Positions 1 to 13,310 of a stretch of DNA of 64,000 bases are shown piece by piece. Origin of the DNA: Octopus vulgaris. Taxonomy: Eukaryota. The stretch spans positions 26,412,001-26,476,000 of the forward strand of contig OX597840.1 of the NCBI GenBank assembly GCA_951406725.2, in the 5' to 3' direction. The notes below the pieces were generated by a model. It had not been told where the DNA came from and searched no databases. It was given only the letters and a program-made list of their open reading frames with translations. The stretch's first letter is position 1. Every line of letters begins with the position of its first letter. The position numbers were made by a program, and so were the translations under genes.

Positions 1-334
1 ATGCACACACACACACACACACTAATCACAAAACAGTTACAAAAGAGATGCATGGCAAACATACCAGATGCGTGAATTTGTACATGCACGTAGGTGTGTG
101 TGTGTGTGTCTATGTGTGTGTGTGTGTCTATGTGTGTGTGTGCGTTCGTGCATGTGTGATTGAAGTACTCTTTTATGTCGCCGGGGTTAATTAAGGAGAA
201 ATTTGCTGGGATCAATTTTATCGATTTGTATTTTGTTTGCCTTTTACAAATAAAAGGGTTTTTTATGCCCGACGGAAGAGAAAGGAAAATGGAGAGAGTG
301 TGTGTGTGTGTGTGTGTGAAGGAGGCGAGCATGT

Positions 335-371
<37 letters not shown>

Positions 372-728
372 TGTGTGGTGTGTGTGATGTTGATAGAGGC
401 CCAGAACGGCTTCGGGGAAGAAAAGGTTCCTAAAGAAAAGGTAATATACAAACAGGTATATATACAGAAATATATATACCTGTGCATGTTTGTGTATGTA
501 TACATGTATAGACGTTTACATACATACATGCGTACATATATACATACATGTTTACATACATACATGCATGCATACATATGTATATACATATGGATACATT
601 GGTTGATAGATAGATAAACAGACAGACAGATAGATTAATTGATAGAGTTACATACACAAGCACACACACACATATATACATACATTCACACATACACATA
701 TATACATACATTCACACATATACATATA

Positions 729-1297
729 CTCTTTTACTTGTTTCAGTCATTTGACTGCGGCCATGCTGGAGCACCGCCTTTAATCGAGCAAATCGAGCCC
801 GGGACTTATTCTTTTGTAAGCCCAGTACTTATTCCATCAGTCTCTTTTGCCGAACCGCTAAGTGACGGAGACGTAAACACACCAGCGTCGGTTGTCAAGC
901 AATGCTAGAGGGACAAACACAGACACACACATGCATAGATATATACGACAGGCTTCTTTTCAGTTTCCGTCTACCAAATCCACTCACAAGGCTTTGGTCA
1001 GCCCGAGGCTATAGTAGAAGACACTTGCCCAAGGTGCCATGCAGTGGGACTGAACCTGGAACCATGTGGTTGGTAAACAAGCTACTTACCACACAGCCAC
1101 TCCTACATATATATATATATATATACATATATACGACAGGCTTCTTTTCAGTTTCCGTCTACCAAATCCACTCACAAGGCTTTGGTTGGCCCGAGGCTAT
1201 AGCAGAAGACACTTGCCCAAGGTGCCATGCAGTGGGACTGAACCCGGAACCATGTGGTTGGTAAGCAAGCTACTTACCACACAGCCACTCCTGCGCC
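729..1297 (-). mobile_element. tRNA-derived CORE-type SINE (family A) with duplicated 5' half
   Basis: Minus strand starts GGCGCAGGAGTGGCTGTGTGG (A-box-like), then GGTTCAGTCCC (B-box-like) and CCTTGGGCAAGTG (MIR/CORE-like motif). More than 20 copies or fragments occur in the window. The head segment is present twice, separated by (TA)n. Confidence 0.85.
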
Positions 1298-1567
1298 TAA
1301 ACATCTGTTTACCATGTTGGCATGGGTTGACCAGTTTCACATGGAGCTGGCTAGCAGAGAGCTGTCCAGACCCCAATTGTCTGTCGTGGCGAGGGTTTTC
1401 TATGGCTGGATGCTCTTCCTAATGCCGACCACTTAACAGAGGGCGCTGGGTACTTCTTATGTGCCTTGTGCCTAGAGTAGAAAAGAGTATACATACACAC
1501 ACACATGCACATGTAAACATACATTTATTTCACTTTTCATCATCATCATCATTTAACGTCCATTGCC

Positions 1568-1757
1568 AAATCGAAATTGATCAACATCAATGGAAATTGT
1601 AGTTGTGATACCAGTGCCGGTGGCACGTAAAAAGCACCAACCGATCGTGGCCGTTGCCGGCCTCGCCTGGCACCTGTGCCGGTGGCATGTAAAAATCACC
1701 CACTACACTCACGGAGTGGTTGGCATTAGGAAGGGCACCCAGCTGTAGAAACACTGC
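1568..1757 (+). mobile_element. RTE LINE 3' UTR fragment
   Basis: Matches the 3' UTR following the RTE ORF at 11169-12321 (CCAGTGCCGGTGGCACGTAAAAAGCACC...CACTCACGGAGTGGTTGG). Confidence 0.75.
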
Positions 1758-2254
1758 ATATTCCAGTGAAGATGTTTTTGCATCTTACAAAAAACAGAAT
1801 CGGTATTTTTCTGCAAGCTGTGTTGCCTCAGTAAACTTGAAACATCCCAACAGAGAATAGTTTCAAATGTGACATTCCTCAACAGAAGATAATTTGGAAT
1901 ATAAAACCTTCTGCTGTTAAAGGTAAATGAAATTTTAAGAGGATGTATCCGATTTCTTCAGTAAAATGGTTGATACTTAATACCAGGTAAACAAAAAAAA
2001 ACAAAAAAAAACAATTCTGCCCCACCCTCCTTCATCCATTTTTATTCACTTCCTTCAACTTATTGCTGCTTTCTGTGTCTTCATTTACCTGTCTCCAGTG
2101 AGCACACCTGATTACTGCATTTTATAAAGTGATTAACCCTTTAATTACAAAATTAAATTCCATGGCTTTTCTAGTACCTACCTAAAAATAGAACTGGTGT
2201 TTTGTGCAAGTCATGCTGCCTCAATCAACTTGACATTTCTCAACAAAATATATA

Positions 2255-2496
2255 GGCACAGGAGTGGCTGTGTGGTAAGTAGCTTGCTTACCAAGCACAT
2301 GGTTCCGGGTTCAGTCTCACTGTGTGGCACCTCGTTCTGAGTTCAAATTCCGCCGAGGTCGACTTTGCCTTTTATCCTTTCAGGGTCGATAAATTAAGTA
2401 CCAGTTATGCACTGGGTCGATGTAATCGACTTAATCCCTTTGTCTGTCCTTGTTTGTCCCCTCTGTGTTTAGCCCCTTGTGGGCAGTAAAGAAATA
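2255..2496 (+). mobile_element. Chimeric SINE: family A head (2255-2332) fused to Meta-type family B body (2333-2496)
   Basis: Family A sequence stops at ...GTGGCACCT and continues directly as CGTTCTGAGTTCAAATTCCGCCGAGGTCGAC...GTAAAGAAATA. Confidence 0.75.
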
Positions 2497-2499
2497 AGA

Positions 2500-2536
2500 T
2501 AGAGAATATATATATAGATAGATAGATAGAAGGATA

Positions 2537-2573
<37 letters not shown>

Positions 2574-2592
2574 CAGATGGATATAGACAGAC

Positions 2593-2623
<31 letters not shown>

Positions 2624-2672
2624 CAGATGGATATAGACAGATAGATAGATAGATAGATAGATGGATATAGAC

Positions 2673-2712
<40 letters not shown>

Positions 2713-2800
2713 GGATGGATAGATAGATAGATAGAAGGATAGATAGATAGAGGGATAGGTAGATAGATAGACAGATAGATTGACAGACAGACAGACAGGG
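2500..2800. repeat. (GATA)n/(GACA)n microsatellite
   Basis: Seen directly. Confidence 0.95.
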
Positions 2801-3360
2801 AAATACATAAATAGATATCGAGAGAAGAGGAAAGAGTAAGAGAAAGGTTCGGGGAGAGGTGAGGTTGGCTGAAAAGACAGAAACCCGTCAGAAAGTGATT
2901 GGTTATTTGTATGAACAGGATCTGAAGATCTCAGAGATTTTTTATCAACCAATGGAAGGAGATCAATGTGTCTGGTAGGGTTTTCATTGGACGAGCAGCG
3001 GCGGGGGTCAGAGGTGAGGAAATTAAATGTGATTGCGGTTGGCTGATGGCCTTTGTGGAGGAAAACCACAACAAAAACAAACAAAGAAGAAACACAAGAT
3101 AAGTAGACTTTAGGTATAGGTCAGTGGTTGGGTGGGTGGGGGGTAATCGGTGGTATGGTGGTGGTGGTGGGGGGGGTAAGGTGGTTAAGTCGATCTAGAG
3201 AGAGAGAGTTAGGTTGGGGGGGGGGGGAGAAATTTAGACTATAATCAGTATGACATTGGTAGACATGGAGGATCAGGAAATAGATAAGAGTACAAGGGAG
3301 AGGGTGGAGAGGGGGAGAGAGGGAGAGAGGCAATGAGCATAGTAATTTTAATGCTTATGC

Positions 3361-3402
<42 letters not shown>

Positions 3403-3649
3403 CTCATACACACATCCGCACACTCAAGTGTGTGGGCAACAGCTGAGCTGGGTGACAACTACTAAAGGACAAGAAATATGTCCCTCAATACACACACACG
3501 CACACACATATATATATACACACACACATGCATATACACATAGAGACTTACACACGCACACACATTCACGCACACATGCATATATACATACACTCCCGTA
3601 CACAGCTCTATACGCATAGAGACTTACACATACACACTCACTAATGTAC

Positions 3650-3693
<44 letters not shown>

Positions 3694-3695
3694 AC

Positions 3696-3726
<31 letters not shown>

Positions 3727-3727
3727 C

Positions 3728-3838
3728 ATATCTTTATCATATATATACACATATATACATACACATAGACACTCTCACGTGCACAAATATATACACATAT
3801 ACTCTCACACACACACTCACACACACTTACGTACATAC

Positions 3839-3870
<32 letters not shown>

Positions 3871-3985
3871 CATACATATCTATATCATATATATACACAT
3901 ATATACACACACATATACACGCTCACGTGCACAAATATATACACATATACTCTCACACACACTCACACACATACACACACTTACG

Positions 3986-4038
<53 letters not shown>

Positions 4039-4110
4039 CTATATCATATATACACACACACATATACACTCTCACGTGCACAAATATATACACATATAGA
4101 CTCACACACA
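3728..4110. repeat. About 3 tandem copies of a ~150 bp microsatellite-derived unit
   Basis: CATATCT.TATCATATATA...CTCACGTGCACAAATATATACACATA recurs at about 3730, 3875 and 4035. Confidence 0.75.
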
Positions 4111-4195
4111 CAGAAGGAAATGATACAGAAATTTAATGGATTAACACAATCTGATAAAGGAACAAATCAGATAAAAAGGTCACAAAATCATAAGT

Positions 4196-4233
<38 letters not shown>

Positions 4234-4405
4234 GGCACAGGCATGGCTGTGTGGTAAAAAGCTTGCTTCCCAACCACATGGTTGCAGGTTCAGTCCCACT
4301 TCATGGCACCTGTCTTCTACTGTCTTCATGGGCAAATGTCTTCTACTATAGTTCACCAAAGCCTTGCGAGTGGATTCGGTTGATGGAAACTGAGAGAAGC
4401 CCATC

Positions 4406-4446
<41 letters not shown>

Positions 4447-4802
4447 TTTTATTGTATCTAGTTTCAGCTCACGAGCTGTGGCCACGCTGGGGCACCGCCA
4501 TTCAATATATATATATATATATTCTTTTATCTTTTTCACTTGTTTCAGTCATTTGACTGCAGCCATGCTGGAGCACTGCCTTAAGGGGATTTAGTTGAAG
4601 AAATCGACCCCAGGATTAATTCTTTGTAAGCCTAGGACTTATTCTATCAGTCTCTTTGCTGAACCACTAAGTTACACACACATAGATGCATTGTGTATGT
4701 GTGTGTGTGTATATATATATTTATATATATATCCTGAAGAAACTGCACCATAGCAGAGTTGTAATTGCAGTAGTTACTAATTGATGCAGTTGATAAGTGT
4801 GC

Positions 4803-5557
4803 ATATACACGACAGAGTGTAAGCGTCCTGAGATAAATGTTGGACATAAGAAGCATTGGATGTAGCGTGCAAGAGAGATGATTGCGCTTGTATGGTCAGG
4901 TACTATGGATGGATGAGGAGAGCTGTGTGAAGAAGTGCCACTCCCAAACAGTTGAAGGAATCCGGGGTAGAGGTAGACCCAAGAAGACATGGGATGAGGT
5001 GGTGAAGCATTGGGTCTCATAGGTGCAATGATGAAATACCGAGACCTCTGGAGATATGCTGTGACTGCAAAGACCCGGCAAATAAAGTGAGTTCACAGCT
5101 GAAACCTACATCAGTGTCGCATAACCAGCCCCAGTTCACTCAAAAGTACCTTGGATCGTAGGGTGACCTGCTGTGCTTGAGGAGACACATTGAGTCAAGT
5201 ACATCAAAATGAAAATCAAATGGAAATTGTAGTTGCAATCCCCATGCCGGTAGCATGTAAAAAGCACCATCTGATCATGGCCAATGCCAGTGCCACCTTG
5301 ACTGGCTTCTGTGCTGGTGGCGCATAAAAAGCATCAGCCAATCGTGGTCATTGCCAGCCTCCCATGACCCCTGTGGTGGTGGCACATAAAAAGCACCCGC
5401 TACACTCACGGAGTGGTTGGCATTAAGAAGGGCATCCAGCTGTAGAAACTCTGCCAGATCAGACTGGAGCCTGGTGCAGCCTCCTGGCTTCCCAGATCCC
5501 CGGTCGAACCGTCCAACCCATGCCAGCATGGAAAACAGACGTTAAACAATGATGATG
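4803..5557 (+). mobile_element. Degenerate 5'-truncated RTE LINE (ORF end, 3' UTR, GAT tail)
   Basis: Homologous to 11400-12321, including the remnant of VEG..GRGRPKKTWDEVVKH. Ends GTTAAACAATGATGATGA. Confidence 0.85.
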
Positions 5558-5586
5558 AATGATAATAATCTTTATTAATATTATTG

Positions 5587-5731
<145 letters not shown>

Positions 5732-6221
5732 TCATCATCATCATCATTGACTATCTATGTTCTTTGCTGGCATGGGTTGGACATACATGAACATATACAT
5801 ATATGCATTGTATGTGGGGTGTATGTGTATATATATGTGTTGGTACAGGGGGAATATGTGTGTGTATATGCGTGTGCGTGTGTGCGTGTATGTATGTATA
5901 TTTGTGTGTTTATAGATGTAAAGTGGAGTATGTATGTGCATGAGTGTGGGTGGTATTGTACGCATGCATACATATATACATACACACACATACATACATA
6001 CACACACATACACACATACATACATACACACATACATACATACACACACACATACATACACACATACATACATACACACATACATACATACATACATACA
6101 TACATACACACACATACATACACACATACATACACATGCATACATACACACATACATACATACATTCATACCTACCTACACACATACATACATACACACA
6201 TACATACATACAAATGCACAT

Positions 6222-6273
<52 letters not shown>

Positions 6274-6924
6274 ATGGAATGTGTGTGTGTGTTTGCATGT
6301 ATGCCAAGATTAAATTTAGATAAAAATAGAAACAAAAAATTGAAAAAAAAAAAAACAACAACAACAGAACATAAAGAAGCCATTCCTGTCATTTCATTGG
6401 TGGACAAATTGATGATGTCATTGGTGACTGTCACCTGGAGTGGAGAGATGGCGGTGAGGGCCGGTGTGGGGGGGGTGGGGTGGGGGGGTTGACACTTTAA
6501 CAACAGACTTAAATGAGATAAACACATGTGAGCAAAGTTGTGTGATTTTCAATGCACCCTAGGCACACCTCTGTCCTCGAATATCACACACCGAGTCTTA
6601 AACACTGCTGTACCCTATCCAGAGTCAGTGCTACACCCTGGTTCTTTGCGACGAATATTTAATTTCCCCCGCTCCGACTAGCGCTGACACCGTAGAAGGA
6701 AGGATCAAATGAGGCCCCGCGCTGGAATTCCGTTTCCAAATCTTGCACGGTTCTACTGTTACATTCACAGACATCCAGGACCTACAACAGAGAACTGACT
6801 GACGACTCCCAAACCCTGGGGCATTGCAGCTGGTGTTTCAGTCACGTACATCAAAGTCCCACCATGGGACACTTGGTTAACATGTCATCCTTCATTATCG
6901 TACATGAACAAAACCTCTCTTTCA

Positions 6925-7131
6925 CTCTTTTGCTCGTTTCAGTCATTTGACTGTGGCCATGCTGGAGCACCGCCTTTAGTCGAGCAAATCGCCCCCAGGA
7001 CTTATTCTTTGTAAGCCATGTACTTATTCTATCGGTCTCTTTTGCTGAACCACAAAGTTATGGGGACGTAAACACACCAGCATCAGTTGTCAAGCGATGT
7101 TGGGGGGACAAACACAGACACAAACATATAC

Positions 7132-7165
<34 letters not shown>

Positions 7166-7404
7166 AATTAATAAATAAAACATATGCATATATACATACA
7201 TATATGTACGTACCTACCTCTACATGTATATATACATGCATATATGGGTACAGGACACCAAAAAACCGTCGAACACAATGAGAAACGAAAACATAAACAC
7301 AAAACCAAGGAAATGGACATTTTTCTTAAACAACGAAAAAATAGAGCACAGGACATACAAAACAAAGAAAAAAAACCCTTCTTCAGTCGCCATGGTTTCA
7401 TCTA

Positions 7405-7453
<49 letters not shown>

Positions 7454-8005
7454 TATACATACACATATATACGACGGGCTTCTTTCAGTTTCCGTCTACC
7501 AAATCCACTCACAAGGCTTTGGTCGGCCCGAGGCTATAGTAGAAGACACTTGCCCAAGATGCCACGCAGTGGGACTGAACCCGGAACCAATGTGGTTGGT
7601 AAGCAAGCTACTTACCACACAGCCACTCCTGCACCTATATATATATATATATATACGACGGGCTTCTTTCAGTTTCCGTCTACCAAATCCACTCACAAGG
7701 CTTTGGTCAGCCCAAGGCTATAGTAGAAGACACTTGCCCAAGATGCCACGCAGTGGGACTGAACCCGGAACCAATGTGGTTGGTAAGCAAGCTACTTACC
7801 ACACAGCCACTCCTACATATATATATATATATATATATATATACGACGGGCTTCTTTCAGTTTCCGTCTACCAAATCCACTCACAAGGCTTTGGTCGGCC
7901 CAAGGCTATAGTAGAAGACACTTGCCCAAGATGCCACGCAGTGGGACTGAACCCGGAACCAATGTGGTTGGTAAGCAAGCTACTTACCACACAGCCACAC
8001 CTGCA
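6925..8005 (-). mobile_element. Family A SINE with triplicated head (7468-8005) and an unrelated insert (~7150-7410) in the internal microsatellite
   Basis: Three ~185 bp head copies share private variants (GCCCAAGATGCC, GGAACCAATGTGG). The 3' half lies at 6925-7130. Confidence 0.85.
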
Positions 8006-8034
8006 CACTGTACACCCCTGTACAACCTAACTAA

Positions 8035-8330
8035 TAATGGGTGCTTTTTCTACAAATTTTTGTACAATGCTTCCAGAAGACAGCAATATTTCTCTGCAGT
8101 AATTGTTTTAATTGGGTTGCCCACTTCATAATATATAAACCCCTTCATATTCCATTAAAACAAAGCATAAGTCTTTTTCCAGGTGTGGTCCTGGTTTGCA
8201 GGGTGGATTCTCCTTTTTCACTGGGTGTTAACCACTGTCACTTTCATTAGGTATGATTATAAAGAACCCCTGCTTTTTATTACCTGTGACGATTCTACCT
8301 GGGGAAAAGTCCAGTAGCAAGTCTACTCTT
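8035..8330 (-). pseudogene. Degraded mariner-type transposase fragment
   Basis: With stops and frameshifts, the minus strand reads RIVTGNKK..VLYNH...QWLTPSEK...KPGPH..KRLMLCF.WNMKGFIYYEV...TITAEKYCCLLEAL, matching the mariner catalytic-domain pattern RIVTGDEKW...KVMLCVWW..KG.IYYE. Confidence 0.75.
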
Positions 8331-8408
8331 TAATGATGAATAGAGGGCAACTCATTGATTAAATTGAGAAGCAGTCAGGTGATGTGGGTCCCCACTGAGC
8401 AAGTCTAA

Positions 8409-8599
8409 CCCTTTTGATACCAACCTGCCTGAAACTGCCTCAAGTTCTGAATCAAAATCTTCCACCAAACCTTAGTCACAATTTATGTTCCTAACACTAG
8501 CTGAATGATAACTAAGTTATTTCACTAAATTCTTTGTTATATTTAAAATTAATTGAAAGAAACACAGAGCATCTCAACAGAAATATGGTAACAAAAGGG
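8409..8599. mobile_element. piggyBac-like MITE (internally deleted copy)
   Basis: TIRs CCCTTTTGATACCA...TGGTAACAAAAGGG flanked by CTAA and TTAA. Same family as the 14051-14927 array. Confidence 0.75.
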
Positions 8600-9139
8600 T
8601 TAAGGAGTGCACTGGGTGCTCTGTGTGTGGCCTTAGCACCGGTGCTTTGTATGTGGAAAACCGGTAAAGGTTAGCAACAAGAAGGGCATTCAGCCGTAAG
8701 ACAAGGCCTCAATGTGTATTCATCTAGCACATGGTAACAAGGGGAAACATAAAAATGGATGAACAAATGAACAAGCAAGTGTGTGTATGTGTATGTGTGT
8801 GTGGGTATTCTTTTTTTTCATTTGTGTGTAAGATAAAGAATCATAAGCGTCAACCATAAACTTAAGCGGTTTAAAAACAAAAGATATGGGATGACCATAA
8901 GATGTGTATATATAATAAAGGGGCAGGGAGAGGGGGGAGGGGCTTTCTTTTAAGTTCAGGAGGATGATTTTGAGCATGTGTAAATACAGTGAAATTATCT
9001 TAGTCTCACAGTGTATAAACACAATGAAATTATTTTTAATTAATTTAGAACTGAACTGGGGTTTCAAATAATGTGAAATTTCTCAGGAAGACATAGGCTG
9101 TTGCATTTTGATAATCTATTTATAAGTTACAGATATTCC

Positions 9140-9428
9140 TTTATTCTTTTATTTGTTTCAGTCAATTGGCTGTGGCCATGCTGGAGCACCGCCTCTTAGT
9201 CAAACAGATCAACTCCAGGACTTATTCTTTGTAAGCCTAGGACTTATTCTATCGGTCTTTTGCCGAACCTCTAAGTTATAGGGATGCAAACACACCAACA
9301 TCAGTTGCTAAGCAATGGTGGGAGAACAAACACATACACACAAATACATATACTACACACACACACATACACACAAATACATACATATACTACACACACA
9401 CACATACATACATATACTACACACACAC

Positions 9429-9473
<45 letters not shown>

Positions 9474-9622
9474 ACAAGCTTCTTTCAGTTTCTTTCAACC
9501 AAATCCACTCACAAGGCTTTGGTCAGCCTGAGGCTATAGTAGAAGACACTTGCCCAATGTGTCACACAGTGGGACTGAACCTGGAACCATGTGGTTGGGA
9601 AGCAAGCTCCTTACCACACGGC
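9140..9622 (-). mobile_element. Family A SINE (diverged)
   Basis: Similarity to other family A copies. Confidence 0.8.
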
Positions 9623-9655
9623 TTCACTTGATGGCATTGGTGTACATTCCTGAGT

Positions 9656-9690
<35 letters not shown>

Positions 9691-10489
9691 GTAATGATGA
9701 TGATTGTAGGGATGATGATGGTGGTGTTGGTGGTATTGATGGTGATGATGATGATGATGATGGTATAGTTAGGATAGGGGTAGTGGTGAAGAGAATAGGC
9801 TTTTTTAAAGAAGTTAGCAGAGATGACTATTGTGATGATGATGATGATGGTGGTGGTACCAACGATGATTATGGCAGTGATGAAGTAGCAGTGATGGTGG
9901 TGGCCATGACGATGATGATCATGATGACGATGACAAAGATGGCGACCGTGGTGGTGGTGGTGGTGATAGCTACACCACATCTCCTACTCCTCCTTTTCTT
10001 CTTCCCTCACGCAGTTACCACAGAGTAATTTCTGTTGCGGAACACACCCCTTAAACATGTCTCGCTGGTAGGGAGCCATCAGCGCTCGGTTACACTCCAG
10101 GATCATTAGCCGGGGTAGCTGGGTAGCTGGGTAGCCGGGGTTACGAAGGAGCTGGGTTTCAGGGTACGAGTCGGGGTGGGGGGGTGCGGGGGTAGGAGGT
10201 TGGCCAGTGGGGTAGGGTGGGTGGGGGGAATAACAGGAAGAGGAACGAATTGCTTGGCTGACAGCAAGGAAACTGATGACATGGAGGCGATGGGTGGGGG
10301 TGTGTGGCAGGGGTGGGGATGAAGCGTGGAGGGGTGAGGGTGAGGGTGGGGGTGTGTTGCGAAGGACATGGAAAGAATTGAAGGGTGGCAGTCCCCCCCA
10401 CCGTAGACATATTGAATAAGAAACAGAGAAATCACACAGTAATACGATATATAATAGGTAATACATATCTGTATGCATATGCATGCATG

Positions 10490-10877
<388 letters not shown>

Positions 10878-10880
<3 letters not shown>

Positions 10881-11100
10881 CGCCCGGCGTGCTCGGGTAT
10901 GTAAGGAAATAACTATAAAGCATTTTTAGAGAGTTATAGCCCAAAAATGGAAAAAAAAAATGATGGTAAATTTTTTTTAGTTAAAAAGGTCGAGTTGCGT
11001 CCCCTAGACAGCCTGTGAAAGCCGTGGTCAGGGTGAGGGTACAACCTAACAGACACACAGAAACACACACAGACAAACTGCCGTTTATATATATAGAGAT
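10878..11100 (+). mobile_element. Possible non-autonomous Helentron/DINE-like element
   Basis: 5' GC-rich hairpin CGCCCGGCGTGCTCGGG, a 3' (ACAG/AC)n tract and a terminal CGTTTATATATATAGAGAT. This layout resembles Helentron-associated elements. Confidence 0.4.
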
Positions 11101-11129
11101 ATATATGTGTGTATATATATATATGTATG

Positions 11130-11168
<39 letters not shown>

Positions 11169-11170
<2 letters not shown>

Positions 11171-11705
11171 GTGTGCTGAAAGTGTAACTGCTAGAGTAAG
11201 AATAGCTTGGGCAAAGTTCAGAGAGCTCTTACCTCTGCTGGTGACAAAAGGCCTCTCGCACAGAGTGAAAGGCAGACTGTATGATGCGTGTGTACGAACA
11301 GCCATGCTACATGGCAGTGAAACATGGGCCGTGACTGCTGAGGATATGCGTAAGCTCGCTAGAAATGAAGCCAGTATGCTCCGATGGATGTGTAATGCCG
11401 GTACTCACACTCGGCAGAGTGTAAGTACCTTGAGAGAAAAGCTGGACCTAAGAAGCATCAGTTGTGGTGTGCAAGAGAGACGTTTGCGCTGGTATGGTCA
11501 TGTGGCGAGAATGGATGAAGATAGTTGTGTGAAAAAGTGCCACACCCTAGCGGTTGAGGGAACCTGTGGAAGAGGCAGACCCAGGAAAACCTGGGACGAG
11601 GTGGTGAAGCACGACCTTCGAACTTTAGGTCTCACTGAGGACATGACTAGAGACCGAGACCTCTGGAAGTGTGCTGTGCGCGAGAAGACCCGGCAGGACA
11701 AGTGA
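11169..11705 (+). pseudogene. RTE reverse transcriptase C-terminal fragment (~178 aa, uninterrupted to the stop codon)
   Basis: ORF track 11109..11705. The N-terminal YIYI portion is microsatellite and there is no genuine start codon. Confidence 0.9.
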
Positions 11706-12321
11706 GTCCATAACCCGTGGCCTTCTACATGGGATGGAGCCGGCCTACGTATGCATACCTTCCCTTCTTGGGACACAAAACTCTACTTGTGAAGACGTGT
11801 TGAGGCAAGTGAGGATCAGAATCGAAATCGATCAATGGAAATTGCGGATGTGCTACCAGTGCCGGTGGCATGTCAAAACTCTGCTTGTGAAGACCCGTTG
11901 AGGCAAGTGAGGATCAGAATCGAAATCGATCAATGGAAATCGATCAATGGAAATTGCAGATGTGTTACCAGTGCCGGTGGCATGTAAGAGAACTTTCCGT
12001 TTCGCGACCGTTGCCAGCACCGCCCCGTTTCGTGTCCGTTGCCAGCCTCGCCTGGCCCTTGTGCCGGTGGCACATAAAAAGCACCATCCGTTCGTGGCCG
12101 TTTGCCAGCTCTGTCTGGCACCAGTGCGGGTGGCACGTAAAAAGCACCCACTACACTCACGGAGTGGTTGGCGTTAGGAAGGGCATCCAGCCGTAGAAAC
12201 ACTGCCAGATTTGACTGGGCCTGATGAAGCCTTCTGGCTTCACAGACCCCAGTAGAACCGTCCAACCCATGCTAGCATGGAAAACGGACGCTAAACGATG
12301 ATGATGATGATGATGATGATG
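11169..12321 (+). mobile_element. 5'-truncated RTE-clade LINE with open C-terminal ORF, repetitive 3' UTR and (GAT)n tail
   Basis: Protein motifs RVRIAWAKFREL, KGRLYDACVRTAMLHGSETW, RLRWYGHVARM and GRGRPRKTW are typical of the RTE RT C-terminal region. Inserted in (TA)n. Confidence 0.92.
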
Positions 12322-12364
12322 ATATATATATATATATATGTATATATATGTATATATATATGTA

Positions 12365-12435
<71 letters not shown>

Positions 12436-12476
12436 ATGTATATAGATATATATATATGCATAAATAATAACCAATG

Positions 12477-12507
<31 letters not shown>

Positions 12508-12581
12508 ATGTATATATATATTTGTTGAATAAAGTTAAAACATAGTCTGGTTTTCATGCTTTTTCTTTTATGGTATTTTCA

Positions 12582-12623
12582 TAAAATTAGCACTTTCATA
12601 CACGATACACTCATCAGGTTTCA
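12582..12623 (-). ncRNA. Degenerate minimal hammerhead ribozyme-like motif
   Basis: Minus strand: TGAAAC-CTGATGA-GTGTATCGTGTAT-GAAA-GTGC-TA-ATTTTA. The core is intact but stems I and II are weak. Confidence 0.4.
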
Positions 12624-12812
12624 AATGTGCTTAACTGACAGTTGAGTTCTTGATGCCTTTAGTAAAATTACAAAGAAACATACCAATACACGTGACTTAC
12701 AAGAATACCATAAAAAAAAATAACAAACATTCCTTTGATGAAAATGTTAGTAAACAAACCAATTATTCATTTGGTCAAAATATTAGAGGAAGAGAAACCG
12801 GGAAGAAATCAT

Positions 12813-13206
12813 ACTCTTTTACTCTTTTACTTATTTCAGTCATTTGACTGCGGCCATGCTGGAGCACCGCCTTTAGTCGAGCAAATCGACCCCGGGACTT
12901 ATTCTTTGTAAGCCCAGCACTTATTCTATTGATCTCTTTTGCTGAACCGCTAAGTGACGGGAACGTAAACACACCAGCATCGGTTGTCAAACAATGCTAG
13001 GGGGACAAACACAGACACACGAACACACACACATACATACATATATATATACACATATGCGACAGGCTTCTTTCAGTTTCCATCCACCAAATCAACTCAC
13101 AAGGCATTGGTCGGCCCGGGGCTATAGTAGAAGACACTTGCCCAAGGTGCCATGGAGTGGGACTGAACCTGGAACCATGTGGTTGGTTAGCAAGCTACTT
13201 ACCACA
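12813..13206 (-). mobile_element. Family A SINE
   Basis: Near full-length copy. Confidence 0.85.
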
Positions 13207-13310
13207 AGGAAAATCACCCAATTGGAAACGGAACAAAAAAACAATAGTAAACCACCAAATAAACACAAAACATTTTTTTCACAAACTGGATATATAAATA
13301 ATATATCCAT

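Noticed and set aside
902-1422. Recurring peptide [24 protein letters not shown] as a gene family
   Set aside because: It is the antisense translation of the family A SINE, with no consistent start, stop or frame between copies.
2880-3060. Promoter suggested by three CCAAT/ATTGG boxes
   Set aside because: These short motifs are expected by chance, and there is no linked exon or TSS evidence.
10170-10355. G-rich tracts as functional G-quadruplex elements (also at 3125, 31615, 40485)
   Set aside because: They are irregular low-complexity runs occurring on both strands, with no evidence of function.
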